Shown in pieces: positions 37,819-52,202 of a stretch of 64,000 bases of DNA. How positions within the stretch are numbered: the stretch's first letter is position 1; the number at the start of each line of letters is the position of its first letter. The notes beneath the pieces were generated by a model. The model searched no databases and was not told where the DNA came from. It saw only the letters and a program-made list of their open reading frames with translations. Source of the stretch: Octopus vulgaris (taxonomy: Eukaryota). The stretch covers positions 63,612,001 through 63,676,000 of the forward strand of contig OX597826.1 in the NCBI GenBank assembly GCA_951406725.2, given 5' to 3'. The translations under genes were made by a program, and so were the position numbers.

Positions 37819-39018
37819 AAGAGAGAGAGAGAACTAGCATTTAAACTGGCCAAATCAGACCTAAATATTCCACATGCTTTGTGTTCAAACTGACCCACAT
37901 TTGGCCCCTCACATCTACCATACAATATCATTCTGATAATATACAATCACATCATTGAAATCTAGAAGCAGTGAGATAATAACGCATGATTAATTTAAAT
38001 CAATTTGAATAAATAAACATTATGCTTAACAGCAGAATCTGACTGCCGAAGGATTAAAGCCAGGTAGACAGAGCTGACAACACTTTCAATTGACTACCCT
38101 ACCTAACTTGCTGTTTACTCACTCACCCAGTCAGAATTCCTACAGCTTTCATTCCCCCACCATCCCAAAAAGGAAAAAAAATTCAAAATCAAAAATATAT
38201 ATAAAATGTAAAAAAAAAAACACGACTAATATAAACGCTTTTCTTAATAAATTAACATAAAAGATTTAAAATAAAATAAAAGATTTAAAATAAAACTGAA
38301 CAATCACAGTACATGTTCATAATATTACAGTGTAAGATAAAGGTTGAATGACTCAGAAGAAGAACAGATTTAAAACAACCAATTTTATTTGAAATTGTAG
38401 TTAACAGACTCAAAACTAAAAAAAAGAAAAAAAACAAGGAGGAGGAGGGAGAGATTGCAGAAAACTTTTGATTTTTCTCTCTTGACTTGACATGTTAAAC
38501 TAGACTAAAGCAATATAAACTTAATATTGTTTCATTAAGCAAGAAAACGCTTAGAAAATAAAATAGTAACAACAATAATACTAATAGATATACTACTACT
38601 ACTACTAATAATAATAATAATGTTTGTATTAATGACTATTCTTTTTTTAATTATTTTTTTATAACAATAATAAAATTTTCTTTATTATTGCCACAATAAT
38701 GATGATGATAATGATGATGATAATGATGATGATGATGATGAAGGGAATCACTTTTATAGAAGAGCAAATGGAAAAGAAAAGCAGTCGAGTCGATGGTGTG
38801 GGTGAGGGGGTGCATGGGGTGATGGAGAAGTGGTGGTGGAGGTAGAATCAATAAAGTTCAGAAAGAGACATAAAGTCAGTTCCTGAACAGATTAATATCA
38901 TGAAGTCTTATAGATTATATTGCACAGGTTGAAGTGAATAGAACACACTCTCCATTTCTCTCTCTCTCTCTCTCTCATACGTATACATATGTATATATAC
39001 ACATATATAAATATACAC

Positions 39019-39061
<43 letters not shown>

Positions 39062-39065
39062 TACA

Positions 39066-39097
<32 letters not shown>

Positions 39098-39099
<2 letters not shown>

Positions 39100-39241
39100 G
39101 AGAAATACCTCACTTTACAAGGACCTGCTTTATGAGACCCTGGGTTTATGAGTTTTTTACAAGTTTTGGTTTCTGTTTATGAGTTTTCGCTTTATGAGCA
39201 TTCTCCAGAAAAGAATTGACTCGTATATTGAGGCATTACTG
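39098..39241. mobile_element. Tigger/pogo-like MITE
   Basis: CAG..AATACCTC left end and GAGGCATTACTG|TA right end; internal TTTAYRAG repeats. Confidence 0.55.
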
Positions 39242-39274
<33 letters not shown>

Positions 39275-39277
<3 letters not shown>

Positions 39278-39450
39278 AAGGGAAAGTTTACGAAAATAAA
39301 TAAAAGACAAAGGCAGGTGGAGTACAAATAAATAAATGTATTAGTATAGTGCTCAGGAATAAAAAAAAGTCTTTTACGTTTCGAGCCTATGCTCTTTGAG
39401 AAAGATACACAGAAAGAAACAAGGAGAGAAACATGCATGTAGGAGCTATA
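39275..39450 (-). mobile_element. Penelope/retrozyme-like fragment with decayed minimal hammerhead
   Basis: Lies between (TA)n and (CA)n tracts. Minus strand UCUUU-CUCAAA-GAGC auag GCUC-GAAA-CG-UA-AAAGA at 39405-39370. Confidence 0.45.
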
Positions 39451-39453
39451 CAT

Positions 39454-39518
<65 letters not shown>

Positions 39519-39990
39519 AATACACACATACACGTCGTTCTTAAAAGCTATTAGATTTGTTGTGTACATAAACAAGAGAATGGTTACTTCTTTCTTTGGT
39601 ATTGGTCAAGTGATGCACATATTCCTGATAAAACCCCCAAAACGGTGGAAAATTGATAAAAGCTTTCCTTTATTTATAATTAAATATGTTTCTTCAATTG
39701 ACAGAGAAATAGATAAATTGGACATGTTTCTTTGTCTCCTATGTACACATGTACAAACACACACACGCACACACACACATATGCACACATGTTGAAGAAT
39801 ATGTATCTAATTGTATGTGTGAGTGTGCTCTTGGCCACAAAGGCTCAAACAAATTAAAGAATTGAAATATATATATATATATATATATTATTTGCATGTG
39901 TGTATGTGTATGTGTCAGAGAGAGAGAAAGAGAAAGGAAGACTCAGAGAATATTTAATGAGCTACTGCTAGCTTTCAAAAGATGGCAAAT

Positions 39991-40164
39991 AGGAGGAGGA
40001 GGAGGAGCAAGAAGAGGAGGAGGAGGGGAGGAGGAGGAGGAGGAGGAGGAGGAGGAGGAGGAGGAGGAGGAGAAGAAGAAGAAGAAGAAGAAGAAGAAGA
40101 AGAAGAAGAAGAAGAAGAAGAAGAAGAAGAAGAAGAAGAAGAAGCAGCAGCAGCAGCAGCAGCA
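39991..40164. repeat. Compound trinucleotide repeat (GAG)n(AAG)n(CAG)n
   Basis: About 15 GAG, 24 AAG and 7 CAG units, read from the sequence and the poly-E/K/Q translation. Confidence 0.95.
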
Positions 40165-41002
40165 AAAATAACAACAAGAAAGAGAGTGATTTATATCTTT
40201 CAATGATGAGGAAGAGAAAAGAAGAAAAAGCTGGCAAGGAGAAGGGGAGAAAGAGAAGAAGAAGAAATTGAATTATATATTTCAAAAGAGGTATTTCAAT
40301 CTATCTTATATAATTCAATCAGCACCAACTTATGTAAACATTACAACAAGAAAGTACTTAGAATTTACTCTGGTTTCCATTTGAAATGCAATTATTGCAC
40401 ATTTGGTACCAGTTTCAACAGTTACTATGGTTACTTGAACACATACATTGAATTCATACACACAGATTCCTTTACACATGTGTATACAATAATAACAACC
40501 ACCTTTATCACCACCACCACTACCACTGATGCTAACACTACCATCATCATCATCATCATCATCACCACCAACATCATTGTCTTTACTACTGCTTTTCCAT
40601 GCTGGCATGAGTTGAACAAAACTTTTTGAGGTAATAAATAAAAAGCTGGAAAACCTTTCTGATGCCAACTGTTATTTGCTTTTGAGGAAATAGTTTATTC
40701 TGGAGTTTTACACTTTAAATTGCAAAGTTGCTGGAGAGAGCATAAACATCACTGCAGCCCATGTGGTGCCAATCCCAAAACACAAACATTCACACACACA
40801 CACATGTATGGATGCACATGTGTACATACACAGGGAATGGGCTACTGTACAGCTTCTGTTTACCAAACTTCATTTACAAGTCTTGATGAACCTAAGGTTA
40901 TAGCAGAAGAAGCTTGGACAAGATGCCACAGAGTGGAATCAAACTCAAATCCATGTGCTTGCAAAATGAATTTCAAAACCAGACAGCCATGCCCATCTCT
41001 TT

Positions 41003-41041
<39 letters not shown>

Positions 41042-41127
41042 TATATGTAAAGGTAAGATCCAAGGATTCAGGTGTAGGAAGTTAATAAATCAGGATTTTA
41101 CCTGCTCCATTCCATAAATTTGGATAC

Positions 41128-41184
<57 letters not shown>

Positions 41185-42951
41185 TAAAGTTAGAAGGGTG
41201 GCAAGCTGAAAGAATCATTAGAACATTGGAAAAAATGCCCTGTAGTATTTGTTCCCCACTTTACATTCTGAGTTCACATCCTGCTGAGGTGAACTTTGCC
41301 TTTCATCATTTGGAGTTGATGAAGTATTGAGCAAGTACAAGGGTTGATGTTTTCAATTTTCCCTCTCCCTTCAAAATTGTTGGGTTTTTTTGCCCTAAAT
41401 AAGAATCAATTATAGTTAGAGTGATCTCCCTTTTTAAATAAATGTTCCTTGCAAACTACGAACTCGTAACCCAAGCAAATCATGATGAAACTATTAGTAA
41501 TGATATAATGGGCAATTATTCAGCTAACAAATAAATTATATTGTGCACACACATAGAGAGAAAGAGAGATCAATAAAACAAAGAGCAACACTGGCAATAA
41601 TCATGCAAATGTAACAACAACAATTAAAAAAAATGGCATTGCCATTTAAAAGATCAATAGCAATACATTAATCATATTAAGGACATGACCATAAGTTTGT
41701 AGGGAAAGAGAGGTATATAATCATAATTAATTGTATGTTGTTTTTGTTGTTTCACTTTGGATAAAGTCTTATCAAGCAGACCTAAGATCATTGCCCTTTA
41801 AGGCCAAAGCCTGAACATCTTTCATTGACACATAACGTACCTAGCACTATATGATCCAATGTAGTCCTTCATTTTAATGAAAGCAGAATGTTTTTTGAGG
41901 GAGAGTTAGCTGCTATGCACCTGGCAACTTATTTTATTTAGCCTTGAAGGACAAATTCCCCAGAAGTTGAGCAATTAACATAAAGAAGCAGAACTTAATG
42001 TTGTTTCAGATTTTACTTTGATCTCCACCATTTCTGTCGATAAAAGCAATCAATAACAATGATCATACATTTTTAGAGGATGATGTAGTCAATTTAATCA
42101 ATCTCATTAATTGAACAGTACTTATTTTATCGATCCTACCCTTGGAAAGATCAAAGGCAGAACTGGCCTCAACAGATTTTGAACTCAGAACAAAGGGATT
42201 AATTAAATACTGCCAGAATCATTAGCACGTCAGACAAAATGCTTGGCAGCATTTCTTCTCACTCATTGCATTCCGAGTTCAAATTCTACCAAGGTCGACT
42301 TTGTTTTTCATCCTTATAGGATCAGTAAAATAAGTACCAATAGAGCACTGGAGTGGATGTAATCAGCTTATCCCCTATCCTAAAATTGCTGACCTCATGC
42401 CAAAATTTGAAACCATTATATCTAACATCCTACCATTTCTTTCATACTTCTTATAATGGTTTCTTACTTTGGTGCATGGACACAAATTTGGAAGAAAGAG
42501 TATGTTGATGACTGAAGTGAGCCCTGCATGTGACTGACACTTATAATCCAGCCCTGGAAGAATGAAAAGCAAATTTAACACCAGCAGAATCACAAATCAG
42601 GACATGATATGTAACTAGATATTACAAAGTGTAAAGCCAGCAATGTTAAGCCATTTCTGCTCTTCCACCACCACCCAAGCAATAAATAAACATTCCTAAT
42701 TTAGACACAAAAACAGCAATTAAGGGACAGGGACAAGTCATGAGGACTGCCTCCACCACCACCACCACATCTCAATATTTGACAGGTACTTTATTTCATC
42801 AACATCCCACTGTATCCAGAGAGATGAAAGTTGACCTCAGCAGGATTTGAATTTGGAATGTAAAGAGCAGGAGCAATTATCATGAAGCATTTCTTCTGAC
42901 ACTAATGAATCTGTCAATCCACTGCTCATAGAAATGATGACGATGGTGATG

Positions 42952-43445
42952 ATTTCTTTTATTCGCCATAGGGGTACCAGACAAGGAGGAAATTACAAGA
43001 ACACTTCACGATTCATAGGGAGGGGGAGTAACACAAAATGGGAAGAAACAGAGAAGAGGGTGACATGTGAAAAAGTATATGTAGCATACAAAATATGTGA
43101 ATGCATCTATGATGCAGTCTTCTTGATACAGAGAACTCCAACTAGGACCAATCAAAGAACCCCATAGATCCAGGATCACCCTGACCACTAAGGGCACAAG
43201 CCCTTACCCAGCTGTTGTTCTTCAATCTGCTGGCACATGTTTAGAGTAGGTTCTTTCCTCACTAACCATTTTTACAACAGTCACCTACTTTTTGACAAAT
43301 TCACTGAGAGAAAGAGCACTTCTCTCTCTACCCTCACTTTCCTTTCCAAGTAGAACTCTGAGAGTTTTTGACCAAGGAAGAAGGTGTCTTTCCTCAAGTC
43401 TTTCAGCTCTGACCACTGCACATCTTTTGCCATAGAACAAACTTG
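42952..43445 (-). mobile_element. Older Tx1/L1-like LINE 3' end
   Basis: MAKDVQWSELKDLRKDTFFLGQKL...RKVRVEREVL is homologous to the 37.6-kb ORF; 3' end CCCCTATGGCGAATAAAAGAAAT. Confidence 0.65.
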
Positions 43446-45569
43446 GAAAGTTGAAATTTTCCCCCTTTTTTTTTTACACATGTCATCCTATTCTAATGTT
43501 ACAAATTTCCATAATACAGAATATACTGAATGGTAGGGTGCTTAGCTAAATGACTAACAGTATTTCATTTTTCATCCCGTGAAGTTCAGTTTTGAAATAC
43601 TTTATCTTTTCTATATATATCGTATATTCTCTCTGAAGTGATGGTCATCAAATAAGTACCAGTCATACATTAGGGTTGTTTCAATCAACAATCTCTCTCT
43701 CAAACTTAAAACCTTGTGGTAATGTAAGAAATCATCATTATTGCTTTACTTACTACAACTATCAGAACTACTACTACTACTACCCTAACAACAATACCAC
43801 TACCACCACCACCTACTACTACTACTACTACTACTGGGGGAAAAATCAAAATTTGGAATATTAATTTCAAGGTAGATCACAAAAGTAAATACAGAGATTT
43901 TTTTGAAATATTTATATTTGAAACACTTATTACTTATGTGATCAATATATTGAATAGCAAATAATGAACTTGACTGTTCAAGAGAGAGGGAGAAAGAGAA
44001 AGCGAGAGAGAAGGAGTGAAAAGAGAGTGAGGAGGAGAGACGAAGAACCTGGAGGCGGAACATGGCATTTCAGAAAGCTGTCACCAGCAGAAATAAAATC
44101 GATATTATCGTGAATGTATTCTAGGGCACATTGAAACATGCACGTACACACACACATACTGGTTTCAGGTCTCTGCATTCTTTAGTGAGATGTGAAATGG
44201 ATACAATTTGACATCGTTCATGACGTTGAAGAAAACAACAAACCCAAAGAAGAAAAGATTGACAAAGAAGATGGAGAGATGAAGAGGGTGGCGATGGAGA
44301 CGGAAATGGCAATGATGATACAGAAAATGGTGACGGTGATGGAAAAGCATGATGATGGCAATGAAGAAGATGGCGTTGGAGTTGATGGTGATGGTGATGA
44401 AGAGGATAGCAATGAAGAGGGTGGCAATGAAGAAGGTGGTGACAGTGATAAAAAATTGGTTTGTGGTGATGAAAAGGGTGGTGGTAGCAATGAGTAGAAA
44501 GAAGGAAATGAAGATAGCAAGGAAGTGAAAATGATGGTGATCATCATCACCAGCAGCAGCAGCAGCAGAAGCATCCTATAACCTCCATTTTCCATGCTGG
44601 CATGGGTTGGACGGTTTGACAGAGCTGGCAAGCCAGAGAGCTACACTGGGTTCCAGTCTGATCTGGCTTGGTTTCTACAGCTGGATGTCCTTACACTGTG
44701 TGCTGGTTGTGCAAGCACTTTTACATGACATTGGCACAAGTGCCTTTTACGTGGTACCAGTACAGGATTCTAGCATTGTAAGAAGGCAGTAGGCTGGTAG
44801 AATCATTAGCACACCAGGTAAAATGCTCAGAAGCATTTCATCCATCTTTACACTGTGAGTTCAAATTCCACCGAGGTCAACTTAGCCTTTCAAATGAAAT
44901 GCTTAGCAGTATTTCGCCCATCTTTACATTCTGATTTCAAATTCCACCAAGGTCAACTTTGCCTTTCATCCTTTCAGGGTCAATAAATTAAGTACCAGTG
45001 AAACACTGGGATCAATATAATCAACTCGTCCCTTCCCACTAATTTCAGACCTTGAGCCTTTAGTAGAAAGGATCATTATTATTATTATCATTATTATTAT
45101 TATTATTGAGGTCACTGGACACCAGACAAAATACCTTGTTTTATTCAGTTCTGAGTTCTAATCCTGCCAAAGCTGACTTTATCTTTCTGCTTTCTGGGAT
45201 CAAAAACATAAAGTGTCAATGAAATACTGGCGTTAATTTAATTGACCATATTTGGATGCTTCATGATGATGATGGTAATAGTAATCTCAAAATGACAGCA
45301 TCAATTACTTATACAGCGAATTACAAAATTATAATTAGACAGAGCAGTACCATTAGACAATTAAGAATGTCAACTAAACTGTGAGTAAATATTTTTAAAG
45401 AGGATTTCTCCGGCTGAAAATTAGTTTTAATTAGGATGGTAAACCTTGTACTTAATTCTCATTAACTTGTCTGGACAGACAAAGAGATTAGGCTTTCGTG
45501 AACATAATTTAATATGTACATTAAATGATGATCATCCCAAACTGGGATACTGGATATCATATATATACT

Positions 45570-45791
45570 CTTTAGTCTTTTACTTGTTTCTGTCATTTGA
45601 CTGTGGCCATGCTGAAGCACCGCCTTTAGTCGAGCAAATCGACCTCAGGACTTATCCTTTTTAAGCTTAGTACTTATTCTAGCATTCTCTTTTGCCAAAC
45701 CGCTAAGTTACGGGGACGTAAACATACCAGCATCGGTTGTCAAGCGATGGTGTGAGGGGGAACAAACACAGACACACAAGTACACACACAT

Positions 45792-45865
<74 letters not shown>

Positions 45866-46030
45866 GCACACATATATGACAGGCTTCTTTCAGTTTCTGC
45901 CAACCAAATCCACTCACAAGGCTTTGGTCAGCCAGAGGTTATAGTAGAAGACACTTGCCCAAGGTACCACACAGTGGGACTAAACCCGGAACCTTGTTGT
46001 TGGTAAGCTAGCTACTTACCACACAGCCAT
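45570..46030 (-). mobile_element. SINE family B
   Basis: Colinear with 18715-19105, with an expanded internal (CA/TA)n tract. Confidence 0.85.
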
Positions 46031-46033
46031 ATA

Positions 46034-46087
<54 letters not shown>

Positions 46088-49000
46088 GGATGTTAAATCT
46101 ATCACTTTCCATGGATCTAATTCATATCAAGCAGAATTTACCAATGAAAATTCATCAACTGCCACCACTGCACCTAGCACATCCAACAACACCTCCACCA
46201 TTAACACCCACAACTACCAACACTTCCACCAGCTAATGAAGTAGCCTATATGCAGTTGCTTGACCAGCTACAAACAAGAACCAAGTCACCTTCAAATCAC
46301 ACGTTATCATTTTTTTCTTTAAAAAGAATGCAATGAGTAATGTGATTAAAGAAAAAGGAAAAAAAGGAAACAGAAAATGATGGGATGATCATGGCGGGAT
46401 TGCCTTTGATCACTGGACTGTTCTGAGGTTAAATAACATCAACAATGACTATCATAACCATCTGGTAACATTACCACCAATAGCACCCCTCATCAACAAC
46501 AACAACAATTATTACATGTGAGCCAACAAGGGACTTCTACATGTTTATTGAACTTATTAGAAAGCGCAGCCAAATTTCCCTCATATCAAACTCTACCATC
46601 AAGGACACATGAGATAATGCAGTCCTAGTTAGTCCTATATATAATCCTGGACAGTTCTAAATAGGCAGGATATTTAGCCAGGATGAGAGAAAGAGAGAGA
46701 GAAAGAGAGAGATGGGGTAGCGGGAGAGTGTTTGTAATCATTGATTTGCTTGCTCAATCAAACTGACCTGGGGGCTCAACAACCTTTACTAAGTCTCTTC
46801 AATATTGTATCATTGTAACAGACAGGTGAATTGATAGATGAAAAGACAGGTAGGACAGACAGACAGGAATAGAGAGATAGGCAATCACAAATATATATAC
46901 ACATATCAAACAGATAGACAGAGACAGAGGGACAGACGAACAGACAGACAAACACTGTGTTGATTTTATCAACAATGTTACCATATAAGGAAATGAAAGT
47001 GCTTCAACTAATTATAGGATACATAAGAGGGCAATTTTAAAGATCAATGCACATGAAGGGGCAAGAGATAGATGTCTTTATTAATTACAGGATATACATG
47101 GAGGTAGTAATTTGGCTGCCATTTCTAACTGGTTGTGCAACCAGATGCCTTTCTGGCTGACTTGTTAGTTAAGCTGTTGCGTAGGTGGTGATAATGGTGG
47201 TGGGAGTGGGTCTTGATGTTGGTGATGGGAGACGGTGGTGTTGTCAGTGAGTGGTGATGGTGATGAAGGTGGTGGTTGTGACGTTAGTGATTGATGGAGT
47301 GTTAGGTGAGTGTTGGTGATACTGAGTGTTGTTGTTGTTGTTGGTGGTGGTGGTGGCACGGCATTAGGTGTTGGTGATAGTATTGGCGGCAGTGTTGATG
47401 GTGTCAGCAACTGTGCTGGTTCTGTTGATGAGCGACTCTATAGGTATTGATGCTGAGTGGACTCAATCAAGCTCACATTCAGCAGGTGTATGGCAAAACA
47501 AGAGTAACTAATCAATCACTATGGAACAATCCAGAGACAGCTGTATTCTTTATTTAGTTCCAGCGACAATATTGTCACTGATCTTTAAGTTACTATTGAT
47601 GGCTAGATACTGTTGTTGCTAATAATGGTGCCATTATTGGCAGCCAGCCATTCTTGTTCTAAGTGAGAGTGTTAGGGTTGGAAGCAATAGGGCTATTACT
47701 GCTAGTAATGATGCAATGTTTCATAGCATTGTTGCTACTGATATTGTTGCTATCCAGATATCATTGTTGCTAGCAATGATGTTATTGTTCATGACCAGTT
47801 GCCATCGTGGCAAGGGATGGTGCTATTGTTTCTAGTCAGATGTTATCGTTGGTGGTAATGGAGTCGGTATTGTTGTTATCCAGTTATCTATCACTGTTGT
47901 GAGCAACGGTGTAATTTGTAATTGTTCATAACTAGTTGCTCTTGTGACACGGTATGGAGCTATTGTTTTTAGCCAGATGCACTTGTTGCTAGTGATGGTA
48001 CTACTGAAAATACAGCAAACTGTCACTTGTACAGAATAACATTTATTGTCAGTTTTCTCAACACGTAAGCCCCACAGGCTATTCCATTGATATATTTATA
48101 TGACATCTACATCAGTATTCTTAGCAACAATAACACTGGCAGAGCTGTTACTTCACTAAACAGTTCCTATAAACTATTTTCTGTTGAGACATGATTCCTT
48201 GAAATGACTTCACCAAGGTCCCACACACACACATAGGACCAAAGGGAAAATAATATCAGTTCATTCAACAATGAAAGAGATGAAATGAAGATTAAATAAA
48301 AAAAGAAAAGAAATAAGAAATAACGCAATGTTGATGCAGTAATGAAAGACAAGTAACAGAGAACAGAAAAGTTATTTATTTTGGATTTAGTTATCAGCTG
48401 AACAAACTACATGAAAATGAAAATACACTGATGAATATTTTAATGTGTCAAAACATCAGAAGGTCTTATTCGTTTTTGTTTTTTCTAATCACAGGGAATT
48501 TCTTTTTAATACTTCATTACAATAAAAATCCCTTTCTTTATTTAGTGATAGTTTAGTAGATAGGGTTGGAAATAAATTTGGAGCTTTGTTATCACTGACA
48601 ATGATAAAAGATTTCGCACTCCATATAAAAGCAGATTTTATGAAAAGTATAAAAAAAAAAAGAAAACATGTGTTTCCTTTTTTTAAGCTTATCAGGGAAA
48701 TGTAGATGCAGCATAGCTAAATAGCTCAGAAGTTTGCTTCGCAATCACAAGGTCCTGGATTCAATCCCACGTAAGGCATCTTGAGCAAATTACTTTTACC
48801 ATTACCTTGGATTGATCCAAGTCTAGTGAGTAAAACTGGGTAAATGGAAACTGTGCAGAGGCCTGCCTGAAGGATTTCATCTGTTAATTCAAAGGTACAT
48901 CCTTGTCATACACTGTAGCTTGTTGATGATGCTTCAGATTATGCCTTACACACACACACACAATGAATTTCTATAGTTTTCATCTATTACATTACATTCC

Positions 49001-49809
49001 CATGGCATTGGTAAACTCACTGAGTCACTGTACAGTGAGATAGATACCAGAACCACAGATCACAAAGCAAGCTTTTAATTAAACGGCCTTGCCTATGTCC
49101 AAAAAGACAAGGATGATTTTAGTTTTGGCTTGAATCATCATCATCATCATCATCATCTAACGTCCACTTTCCATGCTGGCATGGGTTGGATGGTTTGATG
49201 TGGAGCTGTCTGTTGTGGCATAGTTTCTATGGCTGGATGCCCTTCCTAATACCAACCACTTAGAGTGTGCTGGGTGCCTTTTATGCGCCACTGGCATGGG
49301 GTCACTTACACAACACCAGCACAAGTGTGTTTATGCAGCACCAGCATGAGTACACTTTATGTGGTACCGGCATCAGAAAGGACAAGCCTGTATGTGTGGA
49401 GACATGGCTGACTTTGGTATTAACTCTGCCTAGTCAGTACTACACAGGGGATAAACAACAGCAACAAATCATTGAAAGAGACGTAATTTAGAGAAACATA
49501 ACAGTTCATCATTATCATCATCATTACTTTTGTCATTTTAATACCCTCTTCTCCATGCTTGCATGGATCAGACAAAATTAATTTGGTGAGGCGGATTTTC
49601 TACAGACAGATGCCATTCCTTGCACTAATCCTCACCAGTTTCCAAGCAAGGTAATATTTCATCCAGGCCAGATATATTGTCACAGAATATTAGAAATGAA
49701 TGACACTGCTTGTGTGACAGAGACAACCATTTTACAACTATCACAAGATATCATGACAATGAGAAAGACATACACCCCTTCCATATATATATATATATAT
49801 ATATATATG

Positions 49810-50062
49810 GTGATTGTCTACTCCTCATGCAGAGTTTAACCACCTCCTGTACCTACACCTTAGAACCATCATGGCATGTGGTGTGGCTTTTTAAACCAGA
49901 CAATGTTTTGAAAAGACACCCACATACATTGCATATCCAATTTGGACCACCAAGAGCTGCAGATAAGTTCTGATCCCTGTGGGTCTTAAAACGTCTTTTG
50001 AGGCTTCTGTTAGATTTGCAAACCTTCTGGCATACACTGCATTGAAAGGTGTGCACAGACAT
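49810..50062 (-). mobile_element. LINE (RTE/BovB-like) 3' end with two C-terminal C2H2 zinc fingers, inserted in a SINE microsatellite
   Basis: CSVC...(H>R)...H and CNVC...HTTCH fingers with no TGEKP linker; stop, short 3' UTR, then a (TA)n tail. Host SINE spans ~49520-50195. Confidence 0.6.
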
Positions 50063-51544
50063 ATATATGTAAGTGTGGGCTTCTTTCAGTTTCCATTTAC
50101 CAAATCTGCTTACAAGGCATTGGTTGTTCCAGGCCTATTGTAGAAGACAGTGGGACTAAGCCTGAAAGCAAATTTCATACCACACAGTCATATCTGTCCA
50201 TATTGTGTGGTAAAAAAATATGAAAGAGAAAATTTGCATTAGAGTGGTTTGAAGATTTTGAATGAACAGCAAAGATGCATTGCCCTATAGTCGAACAGTG
50301 AGGATGATAGCTAACCAGTTTAGTATTAGTTCAAAAGGTATTTTAAATGGCTGTTTATAATGTGATCTCAGAATTGATAATTGAAGCATTTGAATTAATA
50401 TTTGGCAATTTGAGGGTGACTATAAATGAGATTGGTTAAAAGGAAATGTGCTGAGTTTTGAGGTTATAAAAAAGAAAAAAATGCAGAGCTATGAGAGATG
50501 TGGAGATTGCATTTAAGGTCATCTGCATGTAGGCTTGGAAGTTACTAATATTTAAATGAGGGGAAGAGGAGATGAAAAACAGGGGGTTGGGAGGGAAGAA
50601 GAGACATGATGATAAGAAAGAAAGCAGAGTGAAAATGAGTGGAGAGAGAGAGAGAGAGGGAGGGAGAGAGAGAGAAAGAGAGAGAGAGGGAGAGAGAAAT
50701 TGATTGTGAAGGAAGAGAAAGTGAAGGGAAAAAGGGAGAGAGATGTGAAGGAAGAAAGGGAAAGTGAAGGGAGAGAGATGAAAAGTAAGAGAGAAAGATA
50801 GAAAGAATAAAAGATAGAAGTAAAGATCAAACTATGGCTAATAATAGAGCTCTCCATCATGGAAATATGGACTTTGAACTTACACAATGCTACACTTATA
50901 ACAGAGATATTCAGCGTTCCAGGAAAAAGAGCTGAACCATTCAGAAGAGTTTGTATATCGCCAAAAGATTAATTCTGACAAAAGCAAGCCATATTAACAA
51001 GCACTAGAGCAGAAAGATGAATTATGACCGAGAGAAAAGACCTCCCCAAATTAATAGCAACAGCAGGAGAGAACAGAGACTTCATCAAGCAGGCTGTTAC
51101 ACCTGGTTAATTATTAATTAATTATACTGCACATGTAATACTAAATTTACTGCCTTAGTACATCCAGGACTAATTATTGTAGTTGTGCACAAGTTTTATT
51201 GGTTTGGTAACAGAAGGCTAAACCTGCAATTTAGCAATGTAAACTGCTTATTTCAAAGTGACAGGGTAGTGGAGAGTAACTCAGCCGAGTACCAGGTAAA
51301 ATGTCTTGTGGCATTTAGTGTCATCTCTTTACATTCTAAGTTCAAATTCTGCTAAGGTCTTATTTGACTTTCATCTTCCCAGGTTTGATAAAATAAAGAC
51401 ATTAGCCCAATCAAAATAATTGTATCCCAACACAAAATTTGTGGCTGATTTTAAAAGTAAGCTTTAAAGAGGTTGTATATTGAGTGAGTGATTCAAATGC
51501 TGAACAAAAAAGAGATGAAGAGAAGATCCAAATCCCACCACAAG

Positions 51545-51985
51545 AACCAGCCCTTGTTGCAATGTGGTAGCCTATGTGACTTAATGATCCTGAAAGCTAC
51601 GCCAGCAGAGTGCAAGCCCCTGTTAAAGGCTCCCTTGTTAGGCAAATCAAAAGATAGAGGCCAGAATATGAACCACCTCTTCCTAGAAGAAAAAATAGTT
51701 TTGTGTAGGGCCGACTGCCCTACTTAAACAAAGTAGAAAAAAACAAAGCAAAGTTACAAGAAGCATCAATGACAATTCAAAGCCAACAAGAGCTGGGCGA
51801 AGACCTTCCTTTGGGGAAACATATGGCACAATGCAACAGAATCTGGAAGGAAACTGCAAGGCTGAAAGAAGCAGAAATCGAACAAGAAAGCAGTGGAAAA
51901 GATGGCCCAGAGTTAAGAACAGAGGAAAACAGTCATTGAAGGCCTCTGCACTATAGAGGGAGAAAAGGGTTAAAATAAGTAAGTA
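51545..51985 (+). mobile_element. Putative bipartite (internally deleted) RTE element
   Basis: RTE-5'UTR-like CCCTTGTTG...AATGATCCTGAAAGCTACGCC...GAGGCCAGA joined to an RTE-like 3' end GGCCTCTGCAC...GGGTT and (TAAG)n. Family similarity is from memory. Confidence 0.4.
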
Positions 51986-52202
51986 TGCTCTGAACCCCTA
52001 TTAAAGCAGTCAATTGACAGAATTGTTAGAGCATAAGATGAAATACCTTGCAGCAAGTATTTAGTTAATTGGCCCTTGGGGTTCACAATTCAAATCCTGC
52101 TGAAGTTGACTTTGCTTTTCAGGCTCCTGGTGTTGATAAAATGAGTACATGCATCTCCTTTCCTGTATTATGTGCATGTGTACAAAAGAAAATGATATAT
52201 AT

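Noticed and set aside
40357-40380. 8-codon METRVNSK resembling the expected MEHIxTxK first exon
   Set aside because: There is no GT after the Lys codon. The only nearby donor (AA|GTACTT) is phase 2 and would frameshift.
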